A stretch of DNA of 54,599 nucleotides from Coriobacteriales bacterium (GCA_031272005.1 JAISUQ010000060.1:1-54599), one strand, 5' to 3'; positions 9,128 to 18,956 are shown, numbered from the stretch's first letter. The notes: generated from the letters alone by a model not told the origin. Numbers and translations are program-made.

Positions 9128-10327
9128 TCAGCGCCGGGGGACTCCAGCGCTGGACAATGTTGCGGCCAATGCATCCGGTTGCACCAGGTCCTCCCAACTC
9201 AGCCGCACGAAGCGATAACCCAGGTTGGTGATGCTGTTCTGGCGCAGGCGCTCCGCTTCCAGGGTGGCCAGATAGTCCTCGGCATTCTGGCCGTACTTCT
9301 GGCGGCCATCAAACTCCACGACCAATGAACCGCCGCCATTCTTGGCGTTTGAGAACAGCAGTTGTCCGTGCTGAGTGTCTGCATAGCGCAGGCTGCGTTG
9401 CAGCGAAGCAGTTGGCCAAAGCCCATCCACCCGCCCCAACAGCTGGCCGGTGCCAGGATGTTGGATGCCCACCTGCAGCAGTGGCGCCTTGAAGCCCAGC
9501 TCCACGCAGCGAGCCAGCAGCAGGGTCTCGGCTGGGGAATCCTGCTGGTCGGAGAAGTACAGGCCGGCCAGCAGCGCCTGCCTGAAACCTCGGCGCTGCC
9601 CAATCGCGGAGCATAGATTAGCATACTCGCACCATAGCAGCTCGGCAGCGGTTGAGGCCAGTCTGGTCTGACGCATCGCGGTGTAGGATTTGATGAATCC
9701 CCTGGCCCCAGGTTCGAGACCCTTCAAGTCAACTGCCGCTGGGGCAGTATACTGGCTGGTTTCAGCATCCAGGGGCAGCCTCACCAAAGCCTCAGTGATA
9801 TCGCCATCCAGTTCATAGCTGGCGCTGCGGGTGATGCCGCGCTCGCCAAGCAGCAGCTCGTGCAGCAGGTGGGCAGCAGCCAGCAGCGTCTCGCCCAGCG
9901 ATGCGGAAACCGCACACTCATAAAGCGTTACCGCCTCAGGCCGGCAGCCTCTGGCCGCATCGCCCAGGCCCTCATGCAGCACCAGGTCGGATGTGCGCTT
10001 GAGATACAGCGGCTCATCGGCGGCAAAGTGCAGCTTGCTGCTGGTCAATACCGGTGCGCCAGCCAGCGCCGCAGTGGTGATGCCCCAGGGCCGCAGATCA
10101 GGGTGGGTCAGCAGATAGGCCGCCGCTCTCAGGCGGTATTGCCCGGAGAAATCCTGCGCTGCGAACTCGGCAGCATCCACGTAGGCTCCATGTGTCAATC
10201 GCAGCAGCTTGCCCCGCCGCGCCTTCTGGGCCAGAGCCTGTTGTGTGACCTTGGCCGTCTTGGCCGTCAGCACCTGTTCGGCGAGTCCTTCCGAAACCAC
10301 ATATTGGTCAGCCATGGTCTTCTCCAT
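9128..10327 (-). CDS. Hypothetical protein with an AbiEi-antitoxin-like N-terminus and a DUF559/Vsr-like endonuclease-fold C-terminus
   Basis: 399 aa. The C-terminal VVEFDGRQKY...RLRQNSITNLGYRFVRLSWEDL is typical of DUF559. The likely true start is the second ATG at 10315 (MADQY), preceded by GGAGAAG. Confidence 0.6.
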   Translation of the reverse strand: MEKTMADQYVVSEGLAEQVLTAKTAKVTQQALAQKARRGKLLRLTHGAYVDAAEFAAQDFSGQYRLRAAAYLLTHPDLRPWGITTAALAGAPVLTSSKLHFAADEPLYLKRTSDLVLHEGLGDAARGCRPEAVTLYECAVSASLGETLLAAAHLLHELLLGERGITRSASYELDGDITEALVRLPLDAETSQYTAPAAVDLKGLEPGARGFIKSYTAMRQTRLASTAAELLWCEYANLCSAIGQRRGFRQALLAGLYFSDQQDSPAETLLLARCVELGFKAPLLQVGIQHPGTGQLLGRVDGLWPTASLQRSLRYADTQHGQLLFSNAKNGGGSLVVEFDGRQKYGQNAEDYLATLEAERLRQNSITNLGYRFVRLSWEDLVQPDALAATLSSAGVPRR

Positions 10328-10450
10328 CCAATGTGTTCAGACTGGATGCTCAGCCTGAAAGCACTTGTCACTTATTACTCAAACCAATATTGTACCAAAG
10401 TAAAGTAAAACTGCAATCCAAATGCCAACAAGGTTTAATTTCCGGCAATA

Positions 10451-10520
10451 ATGCGGAGGGGGCGAAGGGGGGCGAAAGGGTGCGAAGAAGTGCGAAGAGG
10501 TGCGAAGCGGTGCGGTGGGG
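10451..10520. repeat. Seven tandem copies of a 10-bp unit (consensus TGCGAAGNGG)
   Basis: The copies are atgcggaggg / ggcgaagggg / ggcgaaaggg / tgcgaagaag / tgcgaagagg / tgcgaagcgg / tgcggtgggg. The period is exactly 10 bp. The array lies in the divergent intergenic region 10328-10715. Confidence 0.85.
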
Positions 10521-10715
10521 TTACACGATTATGGTTGTGCGACAATGCGTTTGTCAAAGGTGCCGGGGGCTAAGACAGGAGCTATACCAGAAACCATGCC
10601 GGGGACTAAGGAACTGTAAGACAGGGGACATGACAGGAGATGTATCGGGGATACCACAGTTCTGACCATTGCATTATAGTGGTTCTGGCGCTTTCGCGAC
10701 AGCATTGGAGGGCAG

Positions 10716-11672
10716 ATGCGCATCAAAGGGCAAATGGACACCGATAATGGCACCGCCGAACGACCTTGGGTGCTGGCGCCGCATCAGGTGGCGGCTTACC
10801 TAGCACGCATCGGTTATGATGGCGATTGTCAACCGACCCCCCAAACACTTCAAGCCCTGCAACGGGCCCACCTGCTCAATGTGCCGTTCGACAATCTGGA
10901 CATCATGGCTGCCCGGCCGCTGGTCTGCGATCTGGGCGGGCTGTACGACAAAATCGTCGGCCAGCGGCGGGGCGGCATCTGTTACGAGTTGAACAGCCTG
11001 TTTGCCGCGCTGCTGCGCTCACTGGGGTTTACGGTGGAGATTTACTCGGCGCGTATCCCCGGCGAGCTGTATAACCAGGACTTCGATCACCTGTTGCTTG
11101 GCGTGCCGTTGGCCGGGCAGCTTTGGCTGGCCGATACCGGCTTTGGCCGGGGCAGCTTCCTGGAGCCGATATTGCTGCAGCCCGGGTTAGCCCAAGAAGA
11201 TGCCCGGGGCAGCTTTCGGATTGCCCGGATTGAGACGGCGACAAAGCCCGACTCGGCAACCGACGCAGATGTACGCCAGCCAACAGCTGCTGCAACCGAC
11301 ACAGACTCACGCCAGCCAGAAGCCGCCACAACCGATGCGCAAGCCGGCACCTGGCCCGCCTACCAGTTGTACTGGCAGCCACCGGGCGGCGAGCCTTCGC
11401 TGTCCTACAGCTTCACCACTCAGCCCCGCGCGCTGGCTGAGTTCGTTCCCCGTTGGACGCACTTCGCCACCGCGCCTGATTCGCGCTTCCGCAGCAACTC
11501 CCTGGTAGCCAAAGACACGCCGGACGGTCGAATCTCGCTGACCAGCGACCGCCTGCTCATCACCGCAGGTGGTCAGCAGCAGCGCATTGAGATTGCCGAT
11601 GAGGCTGCGTACTGCTCCGCGCTTTCTGAGCACTTCGGCATCACCTGGCCGGATGGGGAGCTGCCAGCCTGA
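10716..11672 (+). CDS. Arylamine N-acetyltransferase (NAT family)
   Basis: 318 aa. The catalytic-Cys motif RRGGICYELN is present, and the N-terminal YLARIGY...L..L...HL..VPFDNLD is typical of NAT. It contains a duplicated ~11-aa low-complexity insert (DADVRQPTAAATD / TDSRQPEAATTD). Confidence 0.8.
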   Translation: MRIKGQMDTDNGTAERPWVLAPHQVAAYLARIGYDGDCQPTPQTLQALQRAHLLNVPFDNLDIMAARPLVCDLGGLYDKIVGQRRGGICYELNSLFAALLRSLGFTVEIYSARIPGELYNQDFDHLLLGVPLAGQLWLADTGFGRGSFLEPILLQPGLAQEDARGSFRIARIETATKPDSATDADVRQPTAAATDTDSRQPEAATTDAQAGTWPAYQLYWQPPGGEPSLSYSFTTQPRALAEFVPRWTHFATAPDSRFRSNSLVAKDTPDGRISLTSDRLLITAGGQQQRIEIADEAAYCSALSEHFGITWPDGELPA

Positions 11673-11818
11673 GGGAACAGTGGCTGATGGCCGTATGGTT
11701 TCTCCACCGCTGAGGTGCTGCTTTGCGTGCTATGGGCAGAGTCACCTCTCGCACACCAACCTATCGAAGCATTATCATAAGCAGCACAATTTCTACAGCC
11801 CACAGAAAGGGAGTCGAG

Positions 11819-14554
11819 ATGACTGATACACAGCGGGTGTTCGCGTTTGGCAAGGATGCCGCCGGCAACAATGTCACCGAGGGAAACCGGGACATGAAGT
11901 CGGTGCTGGGGGGTAAGGGAGCCAATCTGGCCGAGATGGCCTCCATCGGGTTGCCGGTGCCGCCCGGGTTCACCATCTCCTGCCAAACCTGCATGGAATA
12001 CTCGCGCGGCGGCAATCAGTTCCCGCCGGGTGCGGTAGAGGAGATTGAGAAGTACCGCCTGGACCTGGAGGCCCGGATGGGCAAGCGCATCGGGGACGCT
12101 GATGACCCGTTGCTGGTCAGCGTGCGTTCTGGTGCGCCATTCTCGATGCCGGGGATGATGGACACGGTGCTCAACCTGGGGCTCAACGACCAGAGCATCC
12201 AGGGCCTGATCAAGCAGACCGATAACCCCCGCTTCGCCTGGGACAGCTATCGGCGCTTCGTCCAGATGTTCTCCAAAGTGGTGATGGACGTGGACGGCGA
12301 CCTGTTCGAGAACGCCATCACAGCCAAGAAGATCACCCGTGGCGTCAGGGGCGACAACGAGCTTTCGGCAGAGGACCTGCAGGCTTTGGTGGAGGAGTTC
12401 AAGCAGATCTTCGCCAACAGCGTATCGGCCGAGCAATACCCGGAGCTGGTCCAGGATGGCAAGGTCAGCTTCCCGCAGGATCCCACCGTCCAGCTGGACC
12501 TGGCTATTCGCGCCGTCTTCGGCTCCTGGATGAACGACCGCGCCCAGCTGTACCGCAAGCAGAACAAGATCAGCGACGATTTGGGCACGGCGGTCAATGT
12601 GCAGTCGATGGTCTTCGGCAACAAGGGTGAGACCTCGGCCACCGGCGTGGCCTTCACCCGCAATCCGGCCAGCGGCGAGAACGAGTTCTACGGCGACTAC
12701 CTGATCAACGCCCAGGGCGAGGACGTGGTAGCCGGCATCCGCAACACCTCACCGATTTCGGAGCTGAAGGATGTCGAAGGCCTGCAGGAGGCCGGTCGCG
12801 AGCTGGAGGCGGTCTTCAAGACCCTGGAGAACCACTACCGCGATATGTGCGACATCGAGTTCACCATCGAGCAGGGCAAACTGTGGATGCTGCAGACCCG
12901 GGTGGGTAAGCGCACCGCCGCCGCCGCCCTGCATATCGCCATCTCGATGGTGGGCGAGGGGCTGATCAGCAAGCAAGAGGCGGTGCTGCGCATCGATCCC
13001 GCTCAGCTCGATCAACTGCTGCATCCGCAGTTCGACAAGAACGCCAAGTATGACGTGTTGGCCAAGGGTCTCAATGCCAGCCCGGGTGCTGCCGTGGGCG
13101 AGGCGGTGTTCTCCGCCGCCGATGCTGTGGCCGCTGCTGCTGCCGGGCGCAAGTGTGTGCTGGTGCGTTGGGAGACCAATCCGGACGACCTGGCCGGTAT
13201 GGTCGCCGCCGAAGGCATCCTGACCTCGCACGGCGGCAAGACCTCGCATGCCGCCGTCATCGCCCGCGGCATGGGTGCCCCTTGCGTCTGCGGCGTGGAG
13301 GCCTTGAAGATCGATGCTGAGGCCAAGCAGGCCGCCGTCAGCGGCAGCGACGTGGTAATCAACGAGGGCGATATGATTTCGATCGACGGCACCTCGGGCA
13401 TCGTGGTGCTGGGTGCCGTGGATCTGGTGTTGCCGGAGCTGTCGGGCGATTTGGACACCATCCTGGAGTGGGCCGATGAGTTCCGCACCTTGGGCGTGCG
13501 GGCCAATGCCGATAACCCCGAAGACGCCCAGCTGTCGCGGAACTTCGGTGCCGGCGGTATCGGGCTGTGCCGCACTGAGCATATGTTCCTCGGCGACCGC
13601 AAGGCCATCATCCAAAGCTTCATCCTCACCGACGACCCGGCGGTGCGCGACAAGGCTCTGGCCGATTTGCTGAAGGTGCAGACCGAGGATTTCTACGGCA
13701 TGTTCAAGGCCATGGATGGCCTGCCGGTGGTGGTACGCCTGCTCGACCCGCCGCTGCATGAGTTTTTGGATAACCCGCGTGAGCTGGAAGTCGAGATCAC
13801 CCGTCTGGAGATGTCCAGCGCCGATGCCGATTTGGTGATTACCAAACGCAAACTGCTCTCGCGCATCGATTCGATGGTGGAGATGAACCCGATGCTCGGC
13901 CTGCGCGGTGTACGCTTGGCCATCCTCAACCCCGAACTGGCGGCGATGCAGGTCCGCGCCATCGCCACGGCTGCCGCCCGGCTGATCAAAGAAGGCCTCA
14001 ACCCCAAGGCCGAGATCATGATTCCGCTGGTCAGCGTGACGCCGGAGCTGGCTACCCTGCGCCAGGAGGCCGAGGCTGTGCTGGCTGAGGTGGGTGCGGA
14101 GTTCGGTATCGAGTTGGATTTGCTGATCGGTACGATGATCGAGCTGCCGCGTGCCGCTGTCACCGCCGACGAGATTGCCAAGTACGCCGACTTCTTCTCC
14201 TTCGGCACCAACGATTTAACCCAGACCACCTTCGGCTTCTCCCGCGACGACGTGGAGAGCAAGTTCATCCCCCGTTACCTGGAGCGCAAGTTGATTCCGG
14301 TCAACCCCTTCGAGACCATCGACTCCGGTGTGGCCAAGCTGGTATCGATGGCCTGCGAGCTGGGGCGGCAGGGCAACCCCCAGGTGGAGTTGGGCGTCTG
14401 CGGCGAGCATGGCGGCGACCCGGACAGCGTGAAGATCTTCCACGGCATCGGCCTGGATTACGTCAGCTGCTCGCCCTATCGTGTGCCGTTGGCGCGACTG
14501 GCCGCCGGTCAGGCGGCGCTGGCCGAGAGCTTTGCCACCAGCGATAACCGTTAG
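11819..14554 (+). CDS. ppdK: Pyruvate, phosphate dikinase
   Basis: The start was moved to MTDTQRVFAFG (ATG 11819, RBS AAAGGGAG), giving 911 aa. It has LGGKGANLAEM, a phospho-His region GGKTSHAAVIARGMG and a C-terminal PEP-utilising domain (FFSFGTNDLTQ). Confidence 0.95.
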   Translation: MTDTQRVFAFGKDAAGNNVTEGNRDMKSVLGGKGANLAEMASIGLPVPPGFTISCQTCMEYSRGGNQFPPGAVEEIEKYRLDLEARMGKRIGDADDPLLVSVRSGAPFSMPGMMDTVLNLGLNDQSIQGLIKQTDNPRFAWDSYRRFVQMFSKVVMDVDGDLFENAITAKKITRGVRGDNELSAEDLQALVEEFKQIFANSVSAEQYPELVQDGKVSFPQDPTVQLDLAIRAVFGSWMNDRAQLYRKQNKISDDLGTAVNVQSMVFGNKGETSATGVAFTRNPASGENEFYGDYLINAQGEDVVAGIRNTSPISELKDVEGLQEAGRELEAVFKTLENHYRDMCDIEFTIEQGKLWMLQTRVGKRTAAAALHIAISMVGEGLISKQEAVLRIDPAQLDQLLHPQFDKNAKYDVLAKGLNASPGAAVGEAVFSAADAVAAAAAGRKCVLVRWETNPDDLAGMVAAEGILTSHGGKTSHAAVIARGMGAPCVCGVEALKIDAEAKQAAVSGSDVVINEGDMISIDGTSGIVVLGAVDLVLPELSGDLDTILEWADEFRTLGVRANADNPEDAQLSRNFGAGGIGLCRTEHMFLGDRKAIIQSFILTDDPAVRDKALADLLKVQTEDFYGMFKAMDGLPVVVRLLDPPLHEFLDNPRELEVEITRLEMSSADADLVITKRKLLSRIDSMVEMNPMLGLRGVRLAILNPELAAMQVRAIATAAARLIKEGLNPKAEIMIPLVSVTPELATLRQEAEAVLAEVGAEFGIELDLLIGTMIELPRAAVTADEIAKYADFFSFGTNDLTQTTFGFSRDDVESKFIPRYLERKLIPVNPFETIDSGVAKLVSMACELGRQGNPQVELGVCGEHGGDPDSVKIFHGIGLDYVSCSPYRVPLARLAAGQAALAESFATSDNR

Positions 14555-14590
14555 GGTAGTACGGAGCAAGTCCCAGCTTTGGGAGTCATT

Positions 14591-14616
14591 GTTGGGCGCG
14601 ATTCATCGCGCCCAAC
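14591..14616. repeat. REP-like hairpin (GTTGGGCGCGAT-TC-ATCGCGCCCAAC) 37 nt after the ppdK stop
   Basis: 12-bp perfect stem. Its core GGGCGCGATTCATCGCGC matches the element at 1254-1271 (18 of 20 over the 20-nt core). No T-run follows, so it is not a canonical intrinsic terminator. Confidence 0.75.
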
Positions 14617-14618
14617 TC

Positions 14619-14651
14619 GATTTGCCATAACTGGGGCAAATCGGTTAAATT
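14619..14651 (+). promoter_or_regulatory. Candidate MerR-type promoter/operator: inverted repeat GATTTGCC-N8-GGCAAATC overlapping TTGCCA (-35), followed by TAAATT (-10)
   Basis: An 8-bp perfect inverted repeat at 14619-14626 / 14635-14642. The -35/-10 spacer is about 18 nt, long as expected for MerR-controlled promoters. The site is 37 nt upstream of the MerR gene. It could equally be a second hairpin following ppdK. Confidence 0.35.
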
Positions 14652-14687
14652 AGCACTCTACAGTCAAGCCAGCAAGGGGGCGACAGT

Positions 14688-15530
14688 TTGGTTGGCACAG
14701 AGTTGTTATCCATCAAGGAGTTTGCCGAATACACCGGCGTCAAGCAACACATCCTGCGGCATTATGACGACATCGGCGTCTTCTCGCCGGTGGAGCGCGG
14801 CGCCAACGGTTACCGCTACTATTCCCCCCAGCAGATAACCGCGTTGAACATGGTCAACGTCTACCTGGGCGTCAAGGCCATGCATCGCGAGATTGGCGAG
14901 TTCAACCAGAACCGCAGCCCCCAATCCACCCTGGATTTTCTGCGCCAGCAGGGGCGCAAGATCGACGCCGAGCTGAGCCGGCTACATGATGCCTACGCTA
15001 TCCTGCATCTCTATGAGTCGCTGATCAGCGAAGGGCTGACAGCCGATGAGGATCAGCTGCTGCTGCGGGAGTGCCCCGAGTTGCCGCTGTTTCTGGGGCC
15101 AGTCAACCAGTTCGCCACAGATGGACAGTTCTACAGCGACTTCATCGACTTCTGCCGCACTGCTCGCAGCGGCGGCATCAACCTCAGCTACCCGATCGGA
15201 GGGTTGTATCAGGACATCGACAGCTTCACTGCGGCCCCCGACCAACCGACCCGCTTCTTCTCCACCTCACCGCATGGCAGTCAGACCAAGCCGGCTGGGC
15301 GCTATCTGGTTGGCTATGCCCGCGGCTACTACGGTGCGTTGCAGGGCCTGCCGCAACGCCTCAGCCAGTATGCCGCCGAGCAGGGCTTGCGCCTGGACGG
15401 CCCGGTGTATGTGCTCTACGTGCTGGATGAGGTCAGCGTGGCCGATCCGAACCAGTTCCTGGCGCAGGCCTCGGTGCGGGTGCAGAAGCTGCCTAAGACT
15501 GCTGGGACGGATGGTCGCGGATCTCGTTGA
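14688..15530 (+). CDS. MerR-family transcriptional regulator with a C-terminal GyrI-like effector-binding domain
   Basis: TTG start with RBS AAGGGGG. The N-terminal HTH (LSIKEFAEYTGVKQHILRHYDDIGVFSP...GYRYY) is classic MerR. 280 aa. Confidence 0.85.
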   Translation: MVGTELLSIKEFAEYTGVKQHILRHYDDIGVFSPVERGANGYRYYSPQQITALNMVNVYLGVKAMHREIGEFNQNRSPQSTLDFLRQQGRKIDAELSRLHDAYAILHLYESLISEGLTADEDQLLLRECPELPLFLGPVNQFATDGQFYSDFIDFCRTARSGGINLSYPIGGLYQDIDSFTAAPDQPTRFFSTSPHGSQTKPAGRYLVGYARGYYGALQGLPQRLSQYAAEQGLRLDGPVYVLYVLDEVSVADPNQFLAQASVRVQKLPKTAGTDGRGSR

Positions 15531-15672
15531 CCTCACGGCAGATGAATCCCAGCGCTTCCTGCCAACCGGCTTCGAAGGCTGTTTTGGTGATGTCGAACAA
15601 TGATTGTTCGGCGCGGTCGTGGACGTCACTGTCCAGGAAGTCCTGGAAAGCACGGATTCTGGCGTCATTCAT
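15493..15672 (-). CDS. Small acidic hypothetical protein (59 aa), last gene of the pilus operon
   Basis: The ATG at 15672 (MNDARIRAF...) has RBS GGAGA and overlaps the sortase stop (15665-15667) by 8 nt, so it is translationally coupled. Its 3-prime end overlaps the convergent MerR gene by 38 nt. I recognise no family. Confidence 0.45.
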   Translation of the reverse strand: MNDARIRAFQDFLDSDVHDRAEQSLFDITKTAFEAGWQEALGFICREVNEIRDHPSQQS

Positions 15673-16402
15673 GATGGTTATCTCCTGTCGAAGTAGAAAC
15701 ACGTTCGCAATAGACTAAATATCTTTGATAGTTAGCTCCCAATGGATTGCAGGAACTCAAGGTCACAAGATCGCGACCGGGTTGGATCTTGATGCTGTCA
15801 ACGTCGGTAGGGCTGATGATGCGGGTCTGCACCACCCGGTAGACCAACTGCTCGCGGAAGTTGGTGATCAACACCTCATCGCCGATGGCCAGTTTGTGGA
15901 TATCGCGAAACATCGGCAGCGTCGCGCCGCGGTGCGCGGCAATCACACAGTTGCTGTCCGTGCCGCCGATGGGGTAGGAGGTGTTGGTCAGATGTACCGC
16001 CCCCTTGGCCATGTTGTCCTGGTTGGCGCCCAGATAGATGGGCAGCTCGACATCGATGCTGGGCAGAGAGATGAATCCGATGCAGTCATCTTCCAGTCCG
16101 TAGTCGCGCAGATCGACGGATGGCTGCTGATAGGAGAGAGCGTCGCAGAGATCAGACTGTCCGGTTTCGGCCAGGCGGCGGTTCTCTGAGAGGAGATACT
16201 GGTAGAGTTGTTCGTAGTCGCTGCCAGCGCAACCCTGGTTGCTCGCTGAGCTACTGCTGAGGGCGACAGCAGTCAGGAAGCTGCTCTTCTGCACAGCGAC
16301 CTGGCTTCGGTAGCGCCAATCCAGCAGCTGCGGATAGAGCAGGATTCCCAGGCCACTCAGCAGCAGGATGAGGGCCACTGCCACACTTATTGCTTTGCGC
16401 AT
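15665..16402 (-). CDS. Sortase-family transpeptidase (class uncertain; no DPF-type lid and no C-terminal TM)
   Basis: The start was moved to MRKAISVAVALILL (ATG 16402, RBS AAGGAGGG), giving 245 aa. It has VIAAHRG (catalytic His), TLSSCNP (catalytic Cys, TLxTC-like) and a downstream Arg (QRYLV). Confidence 0.8.
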   Translation of the reverse strand: MRKAISVAVALILLLSGLGILLYPQLLDWRYRSQVAVQKSSFLTAVALSSSSASNQGCAGSDYEQLYQYLLSENRRLAETGQSDLCDALSYQQPSVDLRDYGLEDDCIGFISLPSIDVELPIYLGANQDNMAKGAVHLTNTSYPIGGTDSNCVIAAHRGATLPMFRDIHKLAIGDEVLITNFREQLVYRVVQTRIISPTDVDSIKIQPGRDLVTLSSCNPLGANYQRYLVYCERVSTSTGDNHHE

Positions 16403-17319
16403 CGCTGGGCCCTCCTTTGCTGAAGACGGCTGCCTTGCGGATGGGCGTTGCTGACAACTCCCCGGCGAGAGCTGGCCTGGCGGACAGCCAGACGGCGGCG
16501 GCTGCGCCAAAGCAGCCAGGCCAGCAGTACGACCAGATCCAACCCTGCTACCAGGCAGACCAGCATTATGTCGGGGGGCAGCCAGGTGATGTTGTGCCCG
16601 GCTGGCGTGCCTTGAGCCTGCTCGTCGCCAGGCTGATAGTCGATCCGGTGTCCGCGCACCATCAGCCGGTGGCTGTTTACCCCGTATGGCGTACAGGTCA
16701 CCAGGGTGCAGAGGTCACGGTTGGCATCCCTGCGCAGCGGCGTGATATTGCTCGGTTCCACTACCAGGATCTGATCGACCTGGTAGGCCAATACCCGATC
16801 CAGGACGTGCAGATAGAAGACGTCTCCCTCCTCCAGCTTGATCAGATCGGTGAACATCCGGGCGTGTACCAGGCCGGTGTGACCGGTGAGCACGCTATGC
16901 GAACCGATGCCGCCGATCGGCAGCGATGAGCCCTCCAGATGTCCTGCTCCCTGCTGCAACGTCGCTTCGGAGCTACCGTGGTAAATGGGCAGCTTGACGT
17001 CGATTTCGGGAATCTCGACATAGCCCATCGCGTCGTCCTCACCGATGCTCAGAGTGGCGGCATAATCATCGGATAGAGCCATACCGCTGCCTTTCAGAAA
17101 CGGGTCGTGCACTGGGTTGCCCTCCAGATTCTGGTTGTACTCCACGGCTTGCTGCCAGGCCGCCTCGCGCTGCCCGGCACTGGCGGCAGCAACACTATCA
17201 TCATAGCTTTGGGTTGCCATTGAGGCATGTCTGTCGAACAGCCAACTGGCCAGACAGGGGTAGGCGAGTAACCCGATGCCCAGCAGGGCAAGCATGATTA
17301 TCGGCACTATCCGCTTCAT
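16387..17319 (-). CDS. Class C (pilin-polymerising) sortase
   Basis: 310 aa. It has an N-terminal TM, a DPF lid motif (VHDPFL), LTGHTG, TLVTCTPYGVNSHRLMVRGHR and a C-terminal TM anchor. It overlaps the next sortase gene by 16 nt. Confidence 0.9.
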   Translation of the reverse strand: MKRIVPIIMLALLGIGLLAYPCLASWLFDRHASMATQSYDDSVAAASAGQREAAWQQAVEYNQNLEGNPVHDPFLKGSGMALSDDYAATLSIGEDDAMGYVEIPEIDVKLPIYHGSSEATLQQGAGHLEGSSLPIGGIGSHSVLTGHTGLVHARMFTDLIKLEEGDVFYLHVLDRVLAYQVDQILVVEPSNITPLRRDANRDLCTLVTCTPYGVNSHRLMVRGHRIDYQPGDEQAQGTPAGHNITWLPPDIMLVCLVAGLDLVVLLAWLLWRSRRRLAVRQASSRRGVVSNAHPQGSRLQQRRAQRCAKQ

Positions 17320-17357
17320 GGCCAGTCAACCGTTGCTATCCGAGCGCTCTTACGGCC

Positions 17358-18956
17358 TCAGTTGCTGCGCCGCCGCCGCAGGCTGCGGATGAGCAGCGCC
17401 AGGGCCAGACCAATCAGCACCAGGCCGCCGGCGGTAAAGGCCACCGTGCCCATGCCACCGGTCTTAGGCAGCGTGAAGCCGGTGCTGTTCTTGACCGTGG
17501 TGTCGATGGTGTAGCTGGTGGTCACTGTGGAGTTCTCGGCGGTGAAGTTGACCTGCACCGGCTCGGTCAGCAGATTGTAACCAGTGGGCGCCTGGACCTC
17601 TACCAGGTAATAGGACAGATAGGTCTTGGTGCCACCCGCGCTGACCTCAGTGTAGTCGGGCAAGCCGGCGAAGACGGCGGTAGCGGCTTGCGATTCAGAG
17701 CCGCCGCTGGTGGTGACCGCCCAATCCAGGTCGTGGTTATCTTCTTCATAACCGTTCTGCTGATAATCGACCAGCTGGCCATCGATCAACTGGATGTAAT
17801 GCCCCTCGTTGGCGTTAGACGGAGAAGAGGCGATTTTGAACTTGGCGCCGTTGACATTGACGCCCTGTCTCGTGTTGGTGTCGACCTTGTTGATGATGAT
17901 GGAGCCGGTATGGATCTTCTCCGAAGTGTCCTGGATGGTCTTTTCTTCGTTGAAGCGGTTGGTGAACTTGACGCTGGCCGTGTTGTCCAGCTCGTGGTTG
18001 GTGCGCTGGAGGATGTCGTCGTTGACAGTGGTGGCAAAGCGCAGCTCGATGAACTTGTAGTCAGCCAGGCCAGCCGGCACTGTCAGCGGTTGTCCGGAGG
18101 TATTGAAGGCCACAGTCAGGGTGTTGTTGTTGCCAACGCCGGATTCCTTGCTGGGCTCGGTGACGGTGTAGTTATCGGCGGTGATCACGGTTCCGGTTTT
18201 ATCGGCAGAACTGGTGAAACCGCGCAGCTCCAGACTGTCTGGCAGATAGTCCAGGGCGCTGTCCAGCCGGTCGATGAAGTTGAATTTGGCAAAGGCCGCG
18301 ATGTCGTCCGGCACGGAGGTGCGCACCGTCCAGTTCACCGTCTCGCCCAGGCCGATGACAGTCTTATCAGCCGTCTTGGTGATGTTGGCGGCTTCGTTTT
18401 TCGGATAGACGTGGACGTCGCTGATCCAACCGTCGCCTGTCGAATTGGTCATCGGTACGGCCACCACAAACGGTGCGGCGGGCGCGGTGACGCGGGTATC
18501 CGGCTGCTCGACCACCAGATAGTAGCCGGGATCGAGATTGCTGGCCTTGGCCAGCCCGGATTCGTTGGTAGTCACGCTGGCGGTCTTGGCTTCCGTCAGC
18601 GCGAAGACCTCGCTGCCGGAGGTCAGGGTGGCGGGGTCGGTGTAACTGTTCAACAGGTAGTCGCCATCGACCGGCACCAAGCCGGAGTCGGGAATGGTGA
18701 CCTTATACAGGTTGAAGGTGATGCCATCCAGCGGCGTGGCGTCTGCGGGGATGCTGACGTTTTGGTCTGTGCCGTCGTTGGCCGGATTGGCCGCTGTGGT
18801 ATCCGGCATCACGTACTTATGGATCGTCAGGCTGTAGGGCTTCTCCGGAAACGGATCGCCATAAGCCGCCGATCCCAGTCCTGTGCCCATCATCGCCAGG
18901 GCTACTGCCATCAGCAGTGCTGCGGCTCTTTGTACAAACGATTTACTCTTCATCAT
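17358..18956 (-). CDS. LPXTG-anchored major pilin (SpaH/EbpB/FimA type)
   Basis: 532 aa. It has a signal peptide, the pilin motif VHVYPKNEA (YPKN lysine) and an E-box-like YLVEVQAPTGY. The sorting signal is LPKTGG followed by a hydrophobic stretch and an RRRR tail. RBS AGGAAGGA. Confidence 0.9.
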   Translation of the reverse strand: MMKSKSFVQRAAALLMAVALAMMGTGLGSAAYGDPFPEKPYSLTIHKYVMPDTTAANPANDGTDQNVSIPADATPLDGITFNLYKVTIPDSGLVPVDGDYLLNSYTDPATLTSGSEVFALTEAKTASVTTNESGLAKASNLDPGYYLVVEQPDTRVTAPAAPFVVAVPMTNSTGDGWISDVHVYPKNEAANITKTADKTVIGLGETVNWTVRTSVPDDIAAFAKFNFIDRLDSALDYLPDSLELRGFTSSADKTGTVITADNYTVTEPSKESGVGNNNTLTVAFNTSGQPLTVPAGLADYKFIELRFATTVNDDILQRTNHELDNTASVKFTNRFNEEKTIQDTSEKIHTGSIIINKVDTNTRQGVNVNGAKFKIASSPSNANEGHYIQLIDGQLVDYQQNGYEEDNHDLDWAVTTSGGSESQAATAVFAGLPDYTEVSAGGTKTYLSYYLVEVQAPTGYNLLTEPVQVNFTAENSTVTTSYTIDTTVKNSTGFTLPKTGGMGTVAFTAGGLVLIGLALALLIRSLRRRRSN

